In this document: positions 24,721 through 39,615 of the stretch, one piece after another | How the letters are laid out: each line of letters starts with the position of its first letter | Position numbering within the stretch: the first letter of the stretch is position 1 | Assembly: GCA_011109175.1 (NCBI GenBank) | Contig: RDEW01000006.1 | Location: 1,175,529 to 1,239,528 of the forward strand | Source of the DNA: Dicyema japonicum | Lineage: Eukaryota > Animalia > Dicyemida | Length of the DNA: 64,000 nt | Direction of reading: 5' to 3' | Program-made: the position numbers and the translations under genes | The notes under the pieces: generated by a model | Told to the model about the DNA's origin: nothing | The model's database searches: none | What the model saw: only the letters and a program-made list of their open reading frames with translations

Positions 24721-27700
24721 TTCTTACTCGATAATCTACGTTATCGACATTAGCGCTGCGAAAGTATATACGACTACAAGTATTAATGAGAATATAAAGG
24801 CTATAAAATACTCACTTTTTGTCCAACATATTGAATCGAATTATTTTTATGCCGTTTATTCGCCTCGTTTTGCAGTAAACTACTACTTCTGTTGATCTAT
24901 AATAGAAAACTTGGAATTTATTTGTTGGAAGGTTAAAAAGGATTTCTATTAAGTTTGTCAACTTGATTGCTGTGCGGCAAAATAACAGATATTTAAATAA
25001 AGCAAATAAAAACTCGACATCGACTTTAAATGGACTTTATTGACATTAAATTTTGACTAATTTGACTTTAGTTTGGCTCTGTTTAAATTTTGATTTTTCA
25101 AAATTTATATTTTTCGCTTAAATTTATTAATACATTAAGATGTATTTATTATGCATGCGCCATGTGGGGTCCATTCATTTCGCGGGAAAATTCCTTGAAG
25201 ATCGAAGCTAAAAAGGCTTCTAAAATTACAGAACGATGGACTTTTCGAATGTTCAGTCTCCAATGCCTATGGAATACTTAATACGTAGAACAGAGGAACG
25301 TGTCGTTGCCACTACGAGGATTCAGTTACGTGCTTTTGTGTGCTCGAGGGATGAACATCGTTTCAAGTTGAAATTTTTTTAATGCTTTTCGTACTGAGCA
25401 TGTGTCACCCCATATTTTGGGGAATTTTCAAAATATCTGAGAAGGACTTTAAATTGAGGATTATTTTTAACGTCGCTATATATGATCGACTCCAAGATCT
25501 TGATCGAAAGCTTAACGCTAGTATTAGCCACTAATAAATGAACCGTTGAGTAATATTTGATAAAAGAAAAATTTTGGCTTTGTTAGCAACTGAAGTAGGT
25601 TATTTTCTCAGAAGGTTGATCCCATTGGTTTTCACGAGAATCACATGCTCGTGGAGAACACTGCCTAAAAATGTAACCAGCAGATAAACTTTCTCAGCAA
25701 CTATTTATTAGCTTTCCTGGCAGTGGCTATATGACAAGGGCCATGTTTACGTTCCCAGTTCCTTCCAACCTCGCATTATGCCGTCAGTGCTTTCAAAACT
25801 AAAGGTGCCAATAGAACAAGGTTGTCTGTATTTTATAATCTCAGACAAACAATAAATATTAAAAATTAATTTTACAAAAGTAATCGGTTGTCTTTACCTT
25901 TTTCTTACATTTTTTGACAAATTAAGCCGAAACTCGTAAAATTTGAACGACTGAGTGATGTGCAGAAAATTTTCTCAAAATTATCGAATAAATCCTAACA
26001 GTCATGCTAACTAATCCAAGACATTGAAAGTGTTCTTGAATTCTTGTTCTTTTTTTTTTACTCGTTTTTAGTCCCATTAGACATTCCCATTAGAAAATAT
26101 TATTACATTTCCTATACTTTAAAGATCCCACGTTGTCGATGTTAGTCAAATTTTCTCCCATATTTTGGCAATATTTTTGCCATCAGCATAATTTCGGAAT
26201 TCTCTTTAAAAGAGTATAAAAGCTTCCTTCAAAACAGTCCCTAAGATGAAGGACTGGGGGTAAACAAACAAACTAACAGAAACATAAAATTGGGAAAATT
26301 GAAAACTTTATAGATTTTAATACTCAGCTAACAGAATATAACTATCACGGTTAAAGTAATCAACCAACTTCATCATCACAGGATCACCGATTACCCGTAG
26401 CATCATTTTCAGTCTTTAGATTGTTTTCTTTTCTTCCGATCGTTTTTGAGTGTCTATGCGGTTGGAAGAATGTTTATATGGGTTATGAACAAAATCGGGA
26501 ATTCCTATGTGGCGCAACTGGGAAATTCACGCGAATAGAGATGGGATTCACATGACCTGAATACTGTTATTATCCGTGGCAATGAACACTGTCTCTTGGG
26601 AGCCAGTCTAATTTCCGAGCAAGCACAATATTGTAAGTTCGTTTCGTTCGTTGAACTCGTTGATTATTTGTCAGACATCCGCTTAAGATCCATGCTATCA
26701 GATTGATCCTTTTCATGACGTCACAGAGACCTCAATTTGGCGAATGTTCGTCCCTCGAGCACACATAATACGTATCGGCCGTATAACTGTATGCTCGTAG
26801 TCACACGGACCCGGTCCTCGGTTCATGTAGATTAGGAAATCCAAAGGTCTTTGAGAGGGGACCTTTCCAGAAGTCGATCGTTTCGTAATTTTATGTGTCC
26901 TCTTTGACTGGGATTGATCTTCATAGTAAAGTTTTAGAAAATCAACTTTGTTTTTAAAACGTTTTTTTAGTGGGACCGCGGTATAATAATAAATAAAATT
27001 GTTCCAGAGACCGAGGATAAATCAAATTAACAAATTCCTTGATCCTGACGCGTTCCAGCAAGGCCTTCACCAAGAACAGTGATTCAATAGACGTCGTCCG
27101 TAGAGCTGAGCTCGATTCCAGAACTCGTCGCCGAGGAACGAAATTGTCTCACGTAGAATAAATAGTTGGATCCTTTTGAATGCTTGTCGGGCATTGGGCG
27201 TTACCTAAGTAAGGTGGATCCAATGACGCCAACAGAGCAAGGAAGATGAATTTTCAACCAATTAGCCACACAAGACGAAACGCGGCACGAAAAATTGAAT
27301 TAAACAATAAATTTATAAATTAATAAAACTAAGCAGATTTATTAAAATAAATAGATAAAAATAATCAACAAGTTATACGTCTAACTTACTATTTTAATAT
27401 TAATCAAACAATAAGTATTTATTTTTATTAAATAAATAAATAAATAAAAATTTTGTCCCTTTCCTCACCTTGAGGGCATCCAGGTAGCCTTTGAAGAATC
27501 TGGAGACAATTTCATCCAAGTCATGACCACAAGGATTAATTTACCTTTGCGTGACGGATAATCTCAAGTTCGTTAACTTTATAAGCTAATCCTTATTATT
27601 ATAGGTTCTTCCGCGTGGTTAATTGGATGAACGTCTTATCTTTTATGCTGATTTCGGATAGACTTTGTTTTTGTGGAAATGGAAACTGGATACACTTATC

Positions 27701-27959
27701 TAGTTTTTTACTTTAACTTCTTTCTCGGTGAATCCGGGGTTAATAAATTAAAATTAATTTAATTATTATAAGCAACAACATAGAATCATATTTAGTGCCA
27801 AACTCGCCGACTACTATGTCTTCACCGTTCCCTAGTGATCTGTTTACTGGTCTCAAATCTCCACTAAGGACTTAGGGAAGCGTTATACGTAGACGCCCTA
27901 TGACTTTTTCCACGTTTCAAAGAATTTGTTTGCTGGCGTATCTCATTTCATTCTTAGAA

Positions 27960-28600
27960 TTTAACCAAACAGTTTCCACCTCATGATCAGAGTGTTCAGG
28001 GGTCCAGAGGAGCATCTTTTGTTACACGCATTGGCCAGTTTAATCCCAAGAGAGATAAAAGTTGCTTCTTATGAAAGGAGTTGAGCCTTTGTCCATTGGT
28101 TTTCGAAATTATCCATGTTCCAGAGTTATACGTAAGGATCGGTTTCACGAAATCCTCATACAATCTGACTCGGAGTGATGGGCAGACTGGATGCCTTTGG
28201 ATCCATCCTTTCAAAATGTTCTTACTACAGTTTTCGGTACTGCGTGGTTCTAATTGAGACCATTTAGCTAGGCGGTCTGCTGCTACCTCCAGGAGATGTC
28301 AAAGTGCATCTTTATTACTTGAGACAAAGTCAACATCATCGGAATAAACAATTTCCATAATATTGTCGCTGTAATACTTCCGGAGATCTCGTAGACCATA
28401 TTCAATGTACGCAGCTAACAATACCAGAAGAGGGAGTCTCCTAGAGGTGTGCCTGCTGTTGTCACGATTTTCCAATAAGCACCCGCAACACCGTGTTTGA
28501 TAGAGTATCCGTATTAAGGTGACCGAGTCCGGATCCAGGAAGGTTTCCAGGACTTCAATAAGTTTTCGTCGACGGACAGTGTCCAAGCTTTGGTGAGATT
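27960..28600 (-). mobile_element. RTE-type LINE RT fragment
   Basis: RRKLIEVLETFLDPDSV, EIVYSDDVDF and LRVRLYEDFVKPILTYNSGTW are paralogous to the 8238-11248 element. Confidence 0.8.
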
Positions 28601-28734
28601 AATTCCTGCGGGAAGCGGTATGGCTGAGGCAATGAATTGGGATTCAGTTGTCCACGGGAACGCTTACTCCGTAATGTCAGCAGCCGCTCTTCCCCTATAA
28701 TGTTAATAAATAATATTTTATTGTTAAATAAATC

Positions 28735-28900
28735 AAACTTTATTTAACCAATATAAATTTATTCTTTTATTTAACACTGACATCCATCCAAAGTGGACCT
28801 CTCCGACATTATCGACGCTGCAGTTGCCTCTCACGATTGTAACAAAGATCAACTGGAGAAGCCACCGGGTCTCACGTGCGTCGTGGCTTTTTAATATAGC
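28735..28900 (-). mobile_element. CRE-like 3' end plus 3' UTR
   Basis: HDARETRWLLQLIFVTIVRGN; nucleotide similarity to 39430-39615. Confidence 0.7.
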
Positions 28901-30324
28901 TAAGCGTCCAAGTTTCTTTAGGAAGCGAAGCGATTTTCCACTTATTCCTCCAGTTGTCTTGACCACAATCGGATAAACACGAATCGGTCGCCTAGCGGTT
29001 ATTGTTAAATAAAATGTTAAGCATAAAAAATAAAAATAAATAAGAAAAACATGGTTAAAATTTTTTAAAAATCCTTGAAATTCTAAATTCGAGCATTAGG
29101 TAACGCGTAGCGCCTGTGACATAATGGAAAAAACCACCGGAAACTGACATAAATTGAAATTTTTTCACCTGAAATCCTTGGTCACTCCCTCCAATGGAAT
29201 ATCAAAGTTTTCATGATTAAGTACTGCAAATATAATAATGGACAATTACTTTAACAATGAGAACAAACCATCGTTTAGAGGAAGACCCAGAGTCACTCTA
29301 CCCGTGGCTCTGAACAAGGATCTTAATGGAATAGGAAGAAAACTTAAATCTGCAGAAGTCGAACCGCTCTCCAAATGGACATGGAGTATTCTCCTTTAGT
29401 GGATGGTTTTTAAGGTGACGTAAAGGGAGCTCTTGTTAAGTTGGTTAATTATAGGAGTGACTCCAAGAATCTTTTGTTGAACGACGATAGCCTCCGCGCC
29501 GGTGTTAGCATGATTTTCGGGCTTGATGGTTGACCCGAAGCGGATTCATCCTTTTAGGGAGAAGAAACGCCGTGAGGTTACCCAGACGTACCGCTCCCAT
29601 CGAAATCAAACGTGGTCTTGAGTCAACTGAGTACCCGTCTTTGATAGAGCCCTCGTGTTTCACAACTGAGAAAAGATAAGGATGACCTTTACATGTTTTC
29701 ACAAGTAAGATCTCTTGTTTGGGAAATGTGGGTGGCTTCATTCACTGATAATCCTGACTGCCCAATTGCCTACTCTACCGAAGAGAGGGAACTGAAGACA
29801 TACTCGGCCCCTGTATCTCCTAAAAGTGACTCTAAAAAGTGGTATTAAGAGCCAGGAGTTAGTTTGGTCACCCTTTGTCTTTGGAATAATTTTTAATTTT
29901 TAGCAGAGTAATTTTGAAAAATTTGATGCGACGTTAACCAACTTGATTGAAATGTTGAAAAACAAGTAAATTTGACACATTTAAATCAACGATCAACATT
30001 ATTAAGGAATGGAAGACATTTCTGGAATTTTCTTTCGAAATGGAGAAATTGGAATCTGAAGATTGGATTTAATTCAGGTTTGCTTGTAGAATTAAATTGT
30101 AAGACAAATACTGGTGATTTTGCCGATCTAATAGACTCGTGGAGTAAACGACTAGGTAAAGAAAAGAAGTCGGGAGTAATTATTAAATTAACCAAGGAAA
30201 TTGACAATTTAACTGTTTGTAGTAATTTCTAGAATTCTAATAATCGATTCCATACTTTAAATGGCTTGTTGGAGAAGACCTGGCTTATCTTTTTTAATTT
30301 TTAAACGACTTTTAGTTTCTTAAA

Positions 30325-30607
30325 ATGAGTAGGCTCGGGTGTCTGCCCGCACGCATTAAATGGCACGATCCTACAACCTCACTAAATCATTCATCGGTAG
30401 TAGCGACGGGTGGTGACAAAGGGCTGGGACGTAATCATTGCAGGTTAATGACTTGCGATTACTAAGAATTCCTTATGCACGAGGAATAATTACAAACCTC
30501 GATTCCTGTCACGAAAAATTTTTGTGTTGCTGTTTTCTTTTTTGGCAAGCAAGACACCCACTGCTATCTTTGTTGTAGCGCGTATGCAGCCCCAAACGTC
30601 TAAAGTC
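30325..30607 (-). pseudogene. Orphan degenerate 18S rRNA 3' fragment
   Basis: The reverse complement contains conserved SSU tracts GCGCTACA, GTAATTATT, AGGAATTC, GATTACGTCCC, CCCTTTG and CCCGTCGCTACTACCGAT. The universal TTGTACACACCGCCCG tract is damaged and the terminal GTCGTAACAAGG is absent. Confidence 0.85.
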
Positions 30608-30849
30608 AATGTTACTTCACTATATTCTGGTTTTTTGGTTTAACTTGGTTCTTAAAAAGTATGTTCAAGTGGCTGAACGAAACGTCTGATGACATCGGAT
30701 CTGAAGGTCTGGCTGGGATCGAATGGAGTTTTCAACGAAGGTCAATTCTTTTCAAACAAATCCCACCCATGAGGCGACGAGTCCTTCTGCGCGATACAGT
30801 AGTTGAAATGAATCTTTCTACCTTCTACCTGACCAAATCCTCTGGTGAA

Positions 30850-31560
30850 GATTACATTATGAAAACTATTCCGCCGAATAATGAAGAGATGTCTGCGACG
30901 GTAGGACGTGTGATGAAAATGGAATAGGGTGGTTCTACTTTTCCATCTCTCTTCTGAAGTGGAAGCATGTAATGTACTATTGGAAGATGTATTTGGTCGA
31001 CACAAGCAGATGTTCTCATTTTGATAAGAGAATCCACAGAGTGTTGAGGGTTAATGACCGAATATCCGTATTTCAGATTAAAAGTAGGAGGACAGATAAT
31101 TCCTTTATATCCTCAATGGCTGGTTTGTCTATAAACCCTGATGAACTCGATTTGTTTTACATGTAACTAACGGATACCGTCTCTGATTTTAAAGCCTTGT
31201 TATGACCTTTTTAGTGGAGAATGGAATGCAAAAGTGGTCATTGATTTGGAAAGAACCCTTTATGGGCGGGCATTCTAGCGGGGGAAAAATATGTCAGGAT
31301 TGTTTTTGTACAGTCATGTAACGTGGTTGTCACTTTATTTAAAATCGGTATTCTATCATAATAGGGGACATAAGATTACATGGACTGGACTCTGAAAATA
31401 TAGGATGGAGATTACATTCACAGCCAGAAAGACTATGTACAATGAAAAGGATCTCTTCGTGCGTTATTAACAGCAGCTATGTTGTAAAATGCTAAAGACC
31501 CCCCATCTGTGAAAAAGTATTTCAGAATAGATGGAGATAGAAGGAGAGATTTGATCTTTT
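30850..31560 (+). mobile_element. RTE-type APE endonuclease remnant
   Basis: RIHRVLRVNDRISVFQIKSRR; degraded EWNAKV and HSQKDYVQ segments paralogous to 10315-11217. Confidence 0.6.
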
Positions 31561-34500
31561 TTAGTGGAAGCTTATGCTTATGGGAGAAGACGTGTGGAAA
31601 TTACTGTATGGCGATTAAGAAGGAGATTGCGGACATAAATATGGAACTCCTCAAGCGATGACTTGGAATCTACTGTTGAAGGAATAAAGAAAGCAAGTTT
31701 CGAAACAATCCACGTGTTGGGAATCATTATCATCAACATAATCACTTTAATGATCGAGAATTCAACACATTTTTAGCAAAACAACTGGACGAGTCAATCT
31801 CCTTCAAATAAGACGAAAAGTGTTGTTTTCCGTTTTCACGACCTGGTAAGATTTTGCAAAAAAATGGAAGAGCTTCAAAACTCGAACGATGAACTGAAGA
31901 CTGTTCTAAATGACTAGAATTTCCAAATGAAGTACTGAAACAACAGAGACAGTTTTCGAGCCATTTTGGACAAATTGGAGGATACAAATTCGTCCAAAAA
32001 CTAGGAATATCTAGAACTGATAGCTACAAAGTCTCCGATTGAAGTTATTTGTAGTCTCTTTGATTATTAGAGGGGGGAATGTCTGGTCGTATGATCTAGG
32101 TCTTTTTGCCAAGTCGGAATCATATTTACGGGAAATTGCGATGTTGGTGGAAGAAAGATGACCAAGAACGAAACTAGCAATAATTTTGATGTTCTGAAAG
32201 AATGTAATTCAATGCTGGTGGGTGAGCTTAATACACGTTGTTCTGATGTGGAGGTTGAGTCCCTAGCATTATCAGATGATTCTACCCCATTGATGGAATT
32301 GGCAGGTATTTATGGTTATGAGTATTCGTAGTTTATGTTTTGAAGAGAAATTGATGCACGAAAAGAATCTTCTTAAGGAATTCAAATGATCGGTTTGTTT
32401 GCTTGTCAAGTTGATGTGGAGATTGGAAGGCGATTATCCGAATGGCTGGAAAAGAGGTACCTAAGATCGGGTTAAAAAGAAATTTGGTGTTTGCGGTTGT
32501 ATTGGTAGTTATTGGATGAGTGTGACTGTAAGTACAAATTAGTTGAGTCTGGATATACTGCATGTATTTGTCATTTGAGCGATAAGTATTGCGGGGACAG
32601 CCTCGGCTCCAATGTTTTGGTAGCGCATATTTTGAAGATTAATGGAATGAGTAATAATTTGAAAAGTTTAGGTTTTTTGCTTTAACTTGTTGATTTTATT
32701 TTGTTTTGTATGAATAGTGTAATATTTGTTACTTTTCTGTTGTTTTCTTACAGGTGGTTGGGTTACACAGAATTTTAATAAAAATGAGGCACAATAGACC
32801 GGACATTGTGATACACGATATAGAGCCTGGTCAAGTCCTCATCATAGAAGTTGGCAATAATAGTAAGGATACTAATAGCATATATAGTCATCAAATATAG
32901 TTAAAATTACTTTAACGGTTGACCTAATTTTACTGTCAAAAAGAAATATGACCTATTTTACTATCAAACAAAAAAGAACTTAGGATGTTTAAAATCATTT
33001 GGTCCTGATAGATCAATCTGTAGCAAAAATCGCACAGAAAAATAATTTTGTCATCAAACGATCACTTTATTCGATTTTTTAATATTTCACATAAAACCAA
33101 TTCGAGAGTGCGAATATGATAATTCGTTACTTAGAACAATATCATCTATTTGATTCTAAAGAAGGCAAAAGATTCTCCCATCATACTCAGGCTAACTACT
33201 TCATACTGCTTTGTGTTAATTTCAAGTCTAATCCTCCAAAATTAGACCAATTAAATTACCTTGCAGTACTCTTGTCTGAAAAAATAATTTCAATTACCCT
33301 GCAGTACTCTTGTATAAAAAAGAAATAGATATTATCATATTTCAAGACCAAAATCCAGGTCATACGCATATTTTAATTCCTAGATAGAAGTAGGACAATC
33401 ATTAGCTCTCGAATTACGAGAGCAGCCACCAGATAGACAACAAGCAAATTCGTTATTGTGAGTCAATTTCTGAAGTGTCAATGTGCGAAGCTCTCTTCAG
33501 ATTCACTTAAAAATTGATTTTTGCGTAATTTGACTTGTAATTGAACATAATCAAAAGGTATTAAACTTTTGACACAATTTCTAAACATTTTGATAAAGCT
33601 ATTAAACATTGTGGCAAAGTTATTAGACATTTTTGACAAATTTATTAAATTTTATGGTAAAATTATTAAACAAATCGGAAAACCATGTTAATTGTGTAAA
33701 TTTAATTAAATTATTTATTAATTTTATTTATTTAATCCAACACTTTATTTAATAAAATTATAATTAATTATGACGACTGTAAATCATGTAATAATTTTAA
33801 TTTCTTGTGGTTACTAGTATATTCATCATTTTGGTATTTAATCCTATAGATGTTCAATTTCATCATCTTATACCTTCCATTTGGCATTTTGACACAGAAA
33901 AATTGTCAAGAAATAAATCAGGTGCGATTTCTGTATTATATATTAATTATTAAGAAATTTGATTAATTGTACATTTTCTGGCCTACAAATTGATTCTAAA
34001 GTATAGATTTACGAATTCAATACATCACATTTGAACAAGCTTTCAATTTTTCTATTATACGATCGAAAGTGACGAATTTGTATTAAATATTACTTATTAT
34101 AGTTACTGTCGGGAAGAAAGTTTAATATATGTAATCAAATACTTTCCCATCTACTATATTCTTGTTATATATATTATTAAATTAATAGGGATTACGATGC
34201 AATTCACTCATATACATCGCAATTGATTTTGCAGAACATTTAACATCTTTACAAATGTAAATTTTTTTAATTAATGTAGTGTCTTTCCACAGAGAATAGA
34301 GGTTATTCAAGAATTTAGAGTTGGTTCCAATTATGCTGAATTAAATAAGTATTTTTAATAATAATGTAGTGATTGTGTGCAGGGATTCATTCGGTGATGC
34401 AGAGGCGTATGATATTATATTTATCATAGGTATAAAGCTATACGTATAAATCATATTTTCCAAATAATACATGTATATGTTAGAAAGTAATATATTTAGA

Positions 34501-34849
34501 CGAAACAGCAAGCAGATAAGTAAAACATGTAATTAATAATGTTATTTCAGACTGCAGTGCCATTGCGAACAAGTACAATGTAATGGGCTTTTGCGGAGTT
34601 ACTAACATTTTACTAACTTAATTGGTTCTTTTATCGAGAATAAAAATTGGTGTTAATTAATTCAAATTTATTATGATTTAAATAATTTCCTGGTTGGCCA
34701 ACTGAATCACACATCTCTACTTTTGACTCGGAAAGAATAATTTTATTTAAAAAAACGATGAAGGAAATGAATCGATATGATTGGTTTAAGAACGGATAGG
34801 CTTCCTTAGATTTATGAATGATGTGAGCATTATCCCAATTAATTTATTT

Positions 34850-35800
34850 AGTTTTGATCCCTGTCGACATAATTGTCGCTGAGTTCTTTCTCAAGATATT
34901 CAAAGAGATCAATTATATGAACAGAATTGCTTCTGATAGAGTCAGGTCCAAATTTTTTGAGAATAATACTCGTCGGAGTATTTAAATGAATTGGCACACA
35001 ACTTTTTTTTGTATCAGGTGTCAAACTCCACGGATCAACACCCTTAATTTTTTGAGCTGATCTCTGAATATCGAAGGTGTTTTCTTGGTCATGCATATAC
35101 CACCTTCTGGTTTATTTTATATAATCTTTTCTTCCCCCGACTTCGGACACCTTATCTTCCGATAGTATTTCCAAAAATAGGGATTTTTTACATAAATCTT
35201 CGCACCCTCAGCCTTTCATATACGGTCCGTTTATTATTTCCATCATTATACATGAATACCCTATAGTGACCCCAATCTAAATGTGATATGTTAAACCTCA
35301 AGAAAACTAAAGTAATGCTAGTTCAATATGCAATTTCCTTAGGGATCAAGCATTCACTATTTTCCTTGTCAAGCATTCACATTTGGTGACCTTGCTTCTT
35401 CAAAACCAGCTTACTATCTCTATTAAATCCATCTGTTTATTTGCGGACAGATAGTTAAGCTGTGACATGTTCTTTGATATTTCCGTTTATACCTTCTCTG
35501 ATAGATTGGGTGGGACTTCATTCGATTTCGAATAATTTTGGCCGTCTTTGACGTAACTGTCTTTGCTGTCCACGTTCTCCCAATATCGCCTATTATCACC
35601 TGTCCATCGTTTTACCCTACTATCCTATGATCAGACTTTTTGGCAACTGAGCATCCATCATATCTGGCACAATGTGAGGACGAGCCACAAATTTATGCAA
35701 TTAATTGTGTTCCCAGGAATCTCTCACACGCAGACAGGTCGTGTTCTCCTCAAGTGAGACATCTTGTATTCTTACAGAAGCAGATTGGCAGTTGAAACAC
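34850..35800 (-). mobile_element. Possible Ty3/Gypsy- or Ginger-type integrase remnant (highly degraded)
   Basis: Only weak motifs (a C-x2-C-like zinc-finger region and GPY in the C-terminal region) with many stops. Confidence 0.25.
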
Positions 35801-36329
35801 CTATGTGGGTGTCTTCTGTACTATTCGAATTTAATGGTACGTGAGAAATGTTAAAACAATGTTGGACAAGCGAAGTAGCCTCCGCGTTTGATTTAACTAG
35901 AACCTTACGAAAAGGGAGTCTCCATCTGCCTTGTAGAAGTGGCATAAGCTCGTGGTTAGAGGGTGCTAATTCCTTTACAAATTCATGAAGGTCGTTATCA
36001 TATACCCATAAAGGCAGGTTGTTCACACAATTTCGGAAGATCTATTCGGATTTAACTAAAGCAATGGTTTCCAAGAACATAAGGAGAAGTAGCATCCACA
36101 TGTTCATAAAAATTCCTTTGTCCCCTCCTTTCTGAATTCGAGGCGGAAAATCCCGGAGCCTTTGTGACTAAATCTGATAGATCCCGTCAAGTAGAACAAA
36201 GTACAGCACGTTAGAAATTTTGATAGCTCTCATATTCGATGTGACAGAAATCTTTATAAATACATTGCCAGAGTATTCAAAAGCTGGCTAGAAGAAATTC
36301 TCGAATGCGAGCAAAAGAAAAGTATCGAC

Positions 36330-36840
36330 ATTTAACCAACTACCTTGGGGTTGGTCAAAGAAAAAAATCGACTGATAACTAAACTAAGATGTGTTGACCG
36401 GATAGACCGAATGGCTCTCAACGATCGCCTCAAGATGACCAAATGAGCCATCAAAGAGGGAACGAGATTGGCTCTGGGGCAAAGATGGAAAACTCGGCAA
36501 TCTTCAAAAGACAATTAGACCAAATCCAGGGAGTAAACCCAATGTTGTTGATCCCAGTGAAGTGATGGAAGCATCGCAAGAACTTTGTAACTATTCTCTG
36601 AACGACCTCAAGAATGACGAGATAAGAATCACCCTCGAGGATGTCATGAATGCAATCAGAATATGCACAGCAAATACTCCAGGCCATGACCACGTTAGCA
36701 TAAGTATGTTCAAAGTCCGGAAAATCGTCGAGTCGTTTGCCACTATTACTGAACACACGTCGGGTAGGGTAGACCAGTCATGCACTAAAGCTTTTTTGCC
36801 ATTTCATCCAAAAGTAAGTGATCTCTGTTGCGATCGCTGA
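36330..36840 (+). mobile_element. LINE (CR1/L2/Jockey-like) RT N-terminal linker remnant, followed by a CRE 3' scrap
   Basis: EIRITLEDVMNAIRICTANTPGHDHVSISMFK resembles the typical pre-RT 'SPGPDGI' region. Confidence 0.6.
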
Positions 36841-38164
36841 GGAAACTCAACGTTGATTATGTCGGTGGAATCATTTTTGATTGATTTTTTTGTGTTTATA
36901 CAGATGTAAAGCAAAAGAAGTCCTGATTTATATATGCAACTCTATCAACTCTTATGTATTCACAAACAACAGACTGCACTCAATGAATATTCTGAAATGT
37001 TATAGACCTTTCTTGTTACTAAAGTAAGAGGTTATCGTAATACCTCAATATGTCCCCACATATAGGCCTATTGCCTTAACGCTCCACATTTTTTGATAAT
37101 CCCATATATACCTGAAATAGGTTTTATCCATTTCCCCAAGTTCAAAGTAGACGTATTATTTTTAAATATTATTCTTCTATCCACCATTTTGGAAAACCTT
37201 CGAGTTGTATGACATATATGTATCGGAGTGGTAATCGACCCCACAGATAACAGATAAATTTTTATTTAACGCCCAAGACCACGGTAAAACCAAACTAACT
37301 ATCACGTGATCCCGATGCGTTCCACCAAAATCTTCTCCCGGTGCTCCTCCTTCTTACCCCAGGATCTTCAAACATTTGCTGAAGTGGATTTCAACGTTGT
37401 CCAATTTTAAGGTGACAGTCTTCGTCCCCAACCTTTTGTCCGAAGATAAATGCGACTCTTTAATATAAACACAGAACCATGATACGAGAGAACTGTAGTA
37501 TTTTATTTATTATTTAATAATATTAAAAAATACACTAATCACAAATTTTATTAATCCTTTCAAATTTATTAATCACATCATTAATACAAACATTAAGCCT
37601 TTTACCAGATTCCTTACATCTCAAAATAACTGTTCCATTACACCTTTGTCTGTCCCCCTAAAATCAATAAAATACAAACTGACTGTATAATTATAATTAT
37701 CATCTCAATAATAATCCATATAACGGTTGAACCCTTCATTCCTCAATTTCTGCTAAGCCTAAATATGCCCACCATAACTCAACCTGACTAGCATAATCAT
37801 TAGATGACTCTCCAACCAAGATAATAATGCATTGGAAAGAGCCTATTATAGTTTTACCACCAAAATCAAGTTCCATTATAACTTTCACACAGAATGGCAA
37901 ACTTCCGATCGAATGACCCAAGGATCGCACGATGAATGATGACTGGTCGCTCAAATTCTTGCTAATCACTAAATAATATCACATAAATCTCAATGACCAC
38001 GATTATTTGATCTTACATTGTATACACAAGTTCGAATTGCTCAGGAAGTTAAAAGTCAAGTTTTATGGTACCACGCTAACGAGGTTTTCCCCGGGATTCG
38101 TGAATAAACATATCAATCTTTACTAACACAACAACATTACTTTCGGTCCATAAAATAATCCATC

Positions 38165-38330
38165 CCTCTTGGGATAGGGGTAAGTAAAGAGTGTCAGGCA
38201 AAAGGTCTGATGCACCCTAGTTCGAATCTCGCTGCTGTACATTCAGGTTGAGGTTTTACGTATCTACGTTGTTTGGTTTAAAGAGTGACGCCGTCATCAG
38301 TGAACATCTCACTGCCGAAATGGGATATCC
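38165..38330 (+). mobile_element. Degenerate copy of tRNA-derived SINE (head plus part of body)
   Basis: Box A-like TGGGATAGGGG and box B GTTCGAATC, followed by GCTGCTGTACA...GAGTGACGCCGTCATCAGTGA, collinear with the 47870-48197 copy. Confidence 0.65.
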
Positions 38331-39429
38331 AATCGTCTCGGGATCGACTTGCGACGGCCTCATCTGTGCCGCTGAATTTGTTGATGATTGCAAAGAACTT
38401 AACCCGCTCTTTTACCGTCTCTGAATTTGCTTGTAACCGAAGTATGCTGCCATCAACAAGGTTGTGAAGCGTCCTTTTGAAGTAACTGGATTTCTGTCAC
38501 TCTGGAACCAGTAGTCCTTGATCGTAGGAAATAAAAACCGCTGGAAAGGGGAAACATTCACCCTTTCTCTCTAGAAAATGATTTATTTGGAATGTCGCCT
38601 GTACCGATACCTTTCCCAGTTGAAACTTATTGATTCCGCTTTGAAAGCTGGGGAGGCTGCTTGGATATCGAGAAATTCAAATTAAGAAAATACGATTGCT
38701 TCTCCACCAGATTCTTTGTACAGTCAGTTGTCATCGAGACGAGTCTTCGTGCCCAAGACGGTCTCTTTTCTAAGATCACTTGTTTTTGTGAGTAATGAGG
38801 GTCGTTGGTTGTTCCAAATGATTTATTTGGTGGTTGTCAGGGGAAACAACCATTTCATACTATCAGCTGGATTATTTTGATTGCATTGTTGCGTAATAAA
38901 TATTTTTTTTATTTTATAATGGTTATTTCTCAAATCCCACTCGTCTTTTGGTTGGTGTGCTTTGAAAAAGAGCAAGAAGTAAAAAAATAGTATTAAAATT
39001 AATCGGAAAATCAACTGGATTGTTTTTTATGTAGTTTACAATGCTCTGTCTGAATGACTAAAAGAGTCCCCTACTTCATCACCTACTGACACTATCAATC
39101 ATGTCTCATACTAGAATTGATCTCAAACTTATCATACACAAAAATAACCTAGTTGGCATTCCAGAAACTGTGGGTATTTCTATGGCAGACTGTATGTAAG
39201 GCATTGCATTGGGTTACTGGTTATTTTGCTTCTCACTTGTTTTGAAGATGAAGTTATAGATAAGATTCTCTTTTTCTTACTTGAAGCGATGGTGGACTTA
39301 ATGGTCTATATCCGGAGAACATAAACCTCATTTCTCAGACACAAGCGGTTCTATCGTTCAGGTTGTGTCAATTACTATAAACTAATCAAAAATGTGAGTT
39401 GAAAAAATTTCTAAAACAAAATATTCTCC

Positions 39430-39615
39430 ACCATTGATTTCTCATCATGTTCTATAACAGCTTTTTTCACGACGCACGTGAGACCCGGTTGCTTCTCCAG
39501 TTGATCTCTGTTGCAATCGTGGGAGGCAACGCAACGTCGATAGTGTCGGCAGTGTCCACTTTGGATGGATGGCAGTGTTAAATAAAAGAATAAATTTTAT
39601 GCTGGTTAAATAAAG
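39430..39615 (+). mobile_element. CRE-like 3' end plus 3' UTR
   Basis: HDARETRLLLQLISVAIVGGNATSI; inverted homologue of 28735-28900. Confidence 0.7.

Noticed and set aside
29900-30260. Small host-gene fragment with intron-like segments before the 18S piece
   Set aside because: Too short and frame-broken to assign; no family recognised.
32940-33520. Trypsin-like protease remnant (IRPIKLP) with a 22-bp local duplication
   Set aside because: No catalytic His/Asp/Ser motifs found; a single short motif could be chance.
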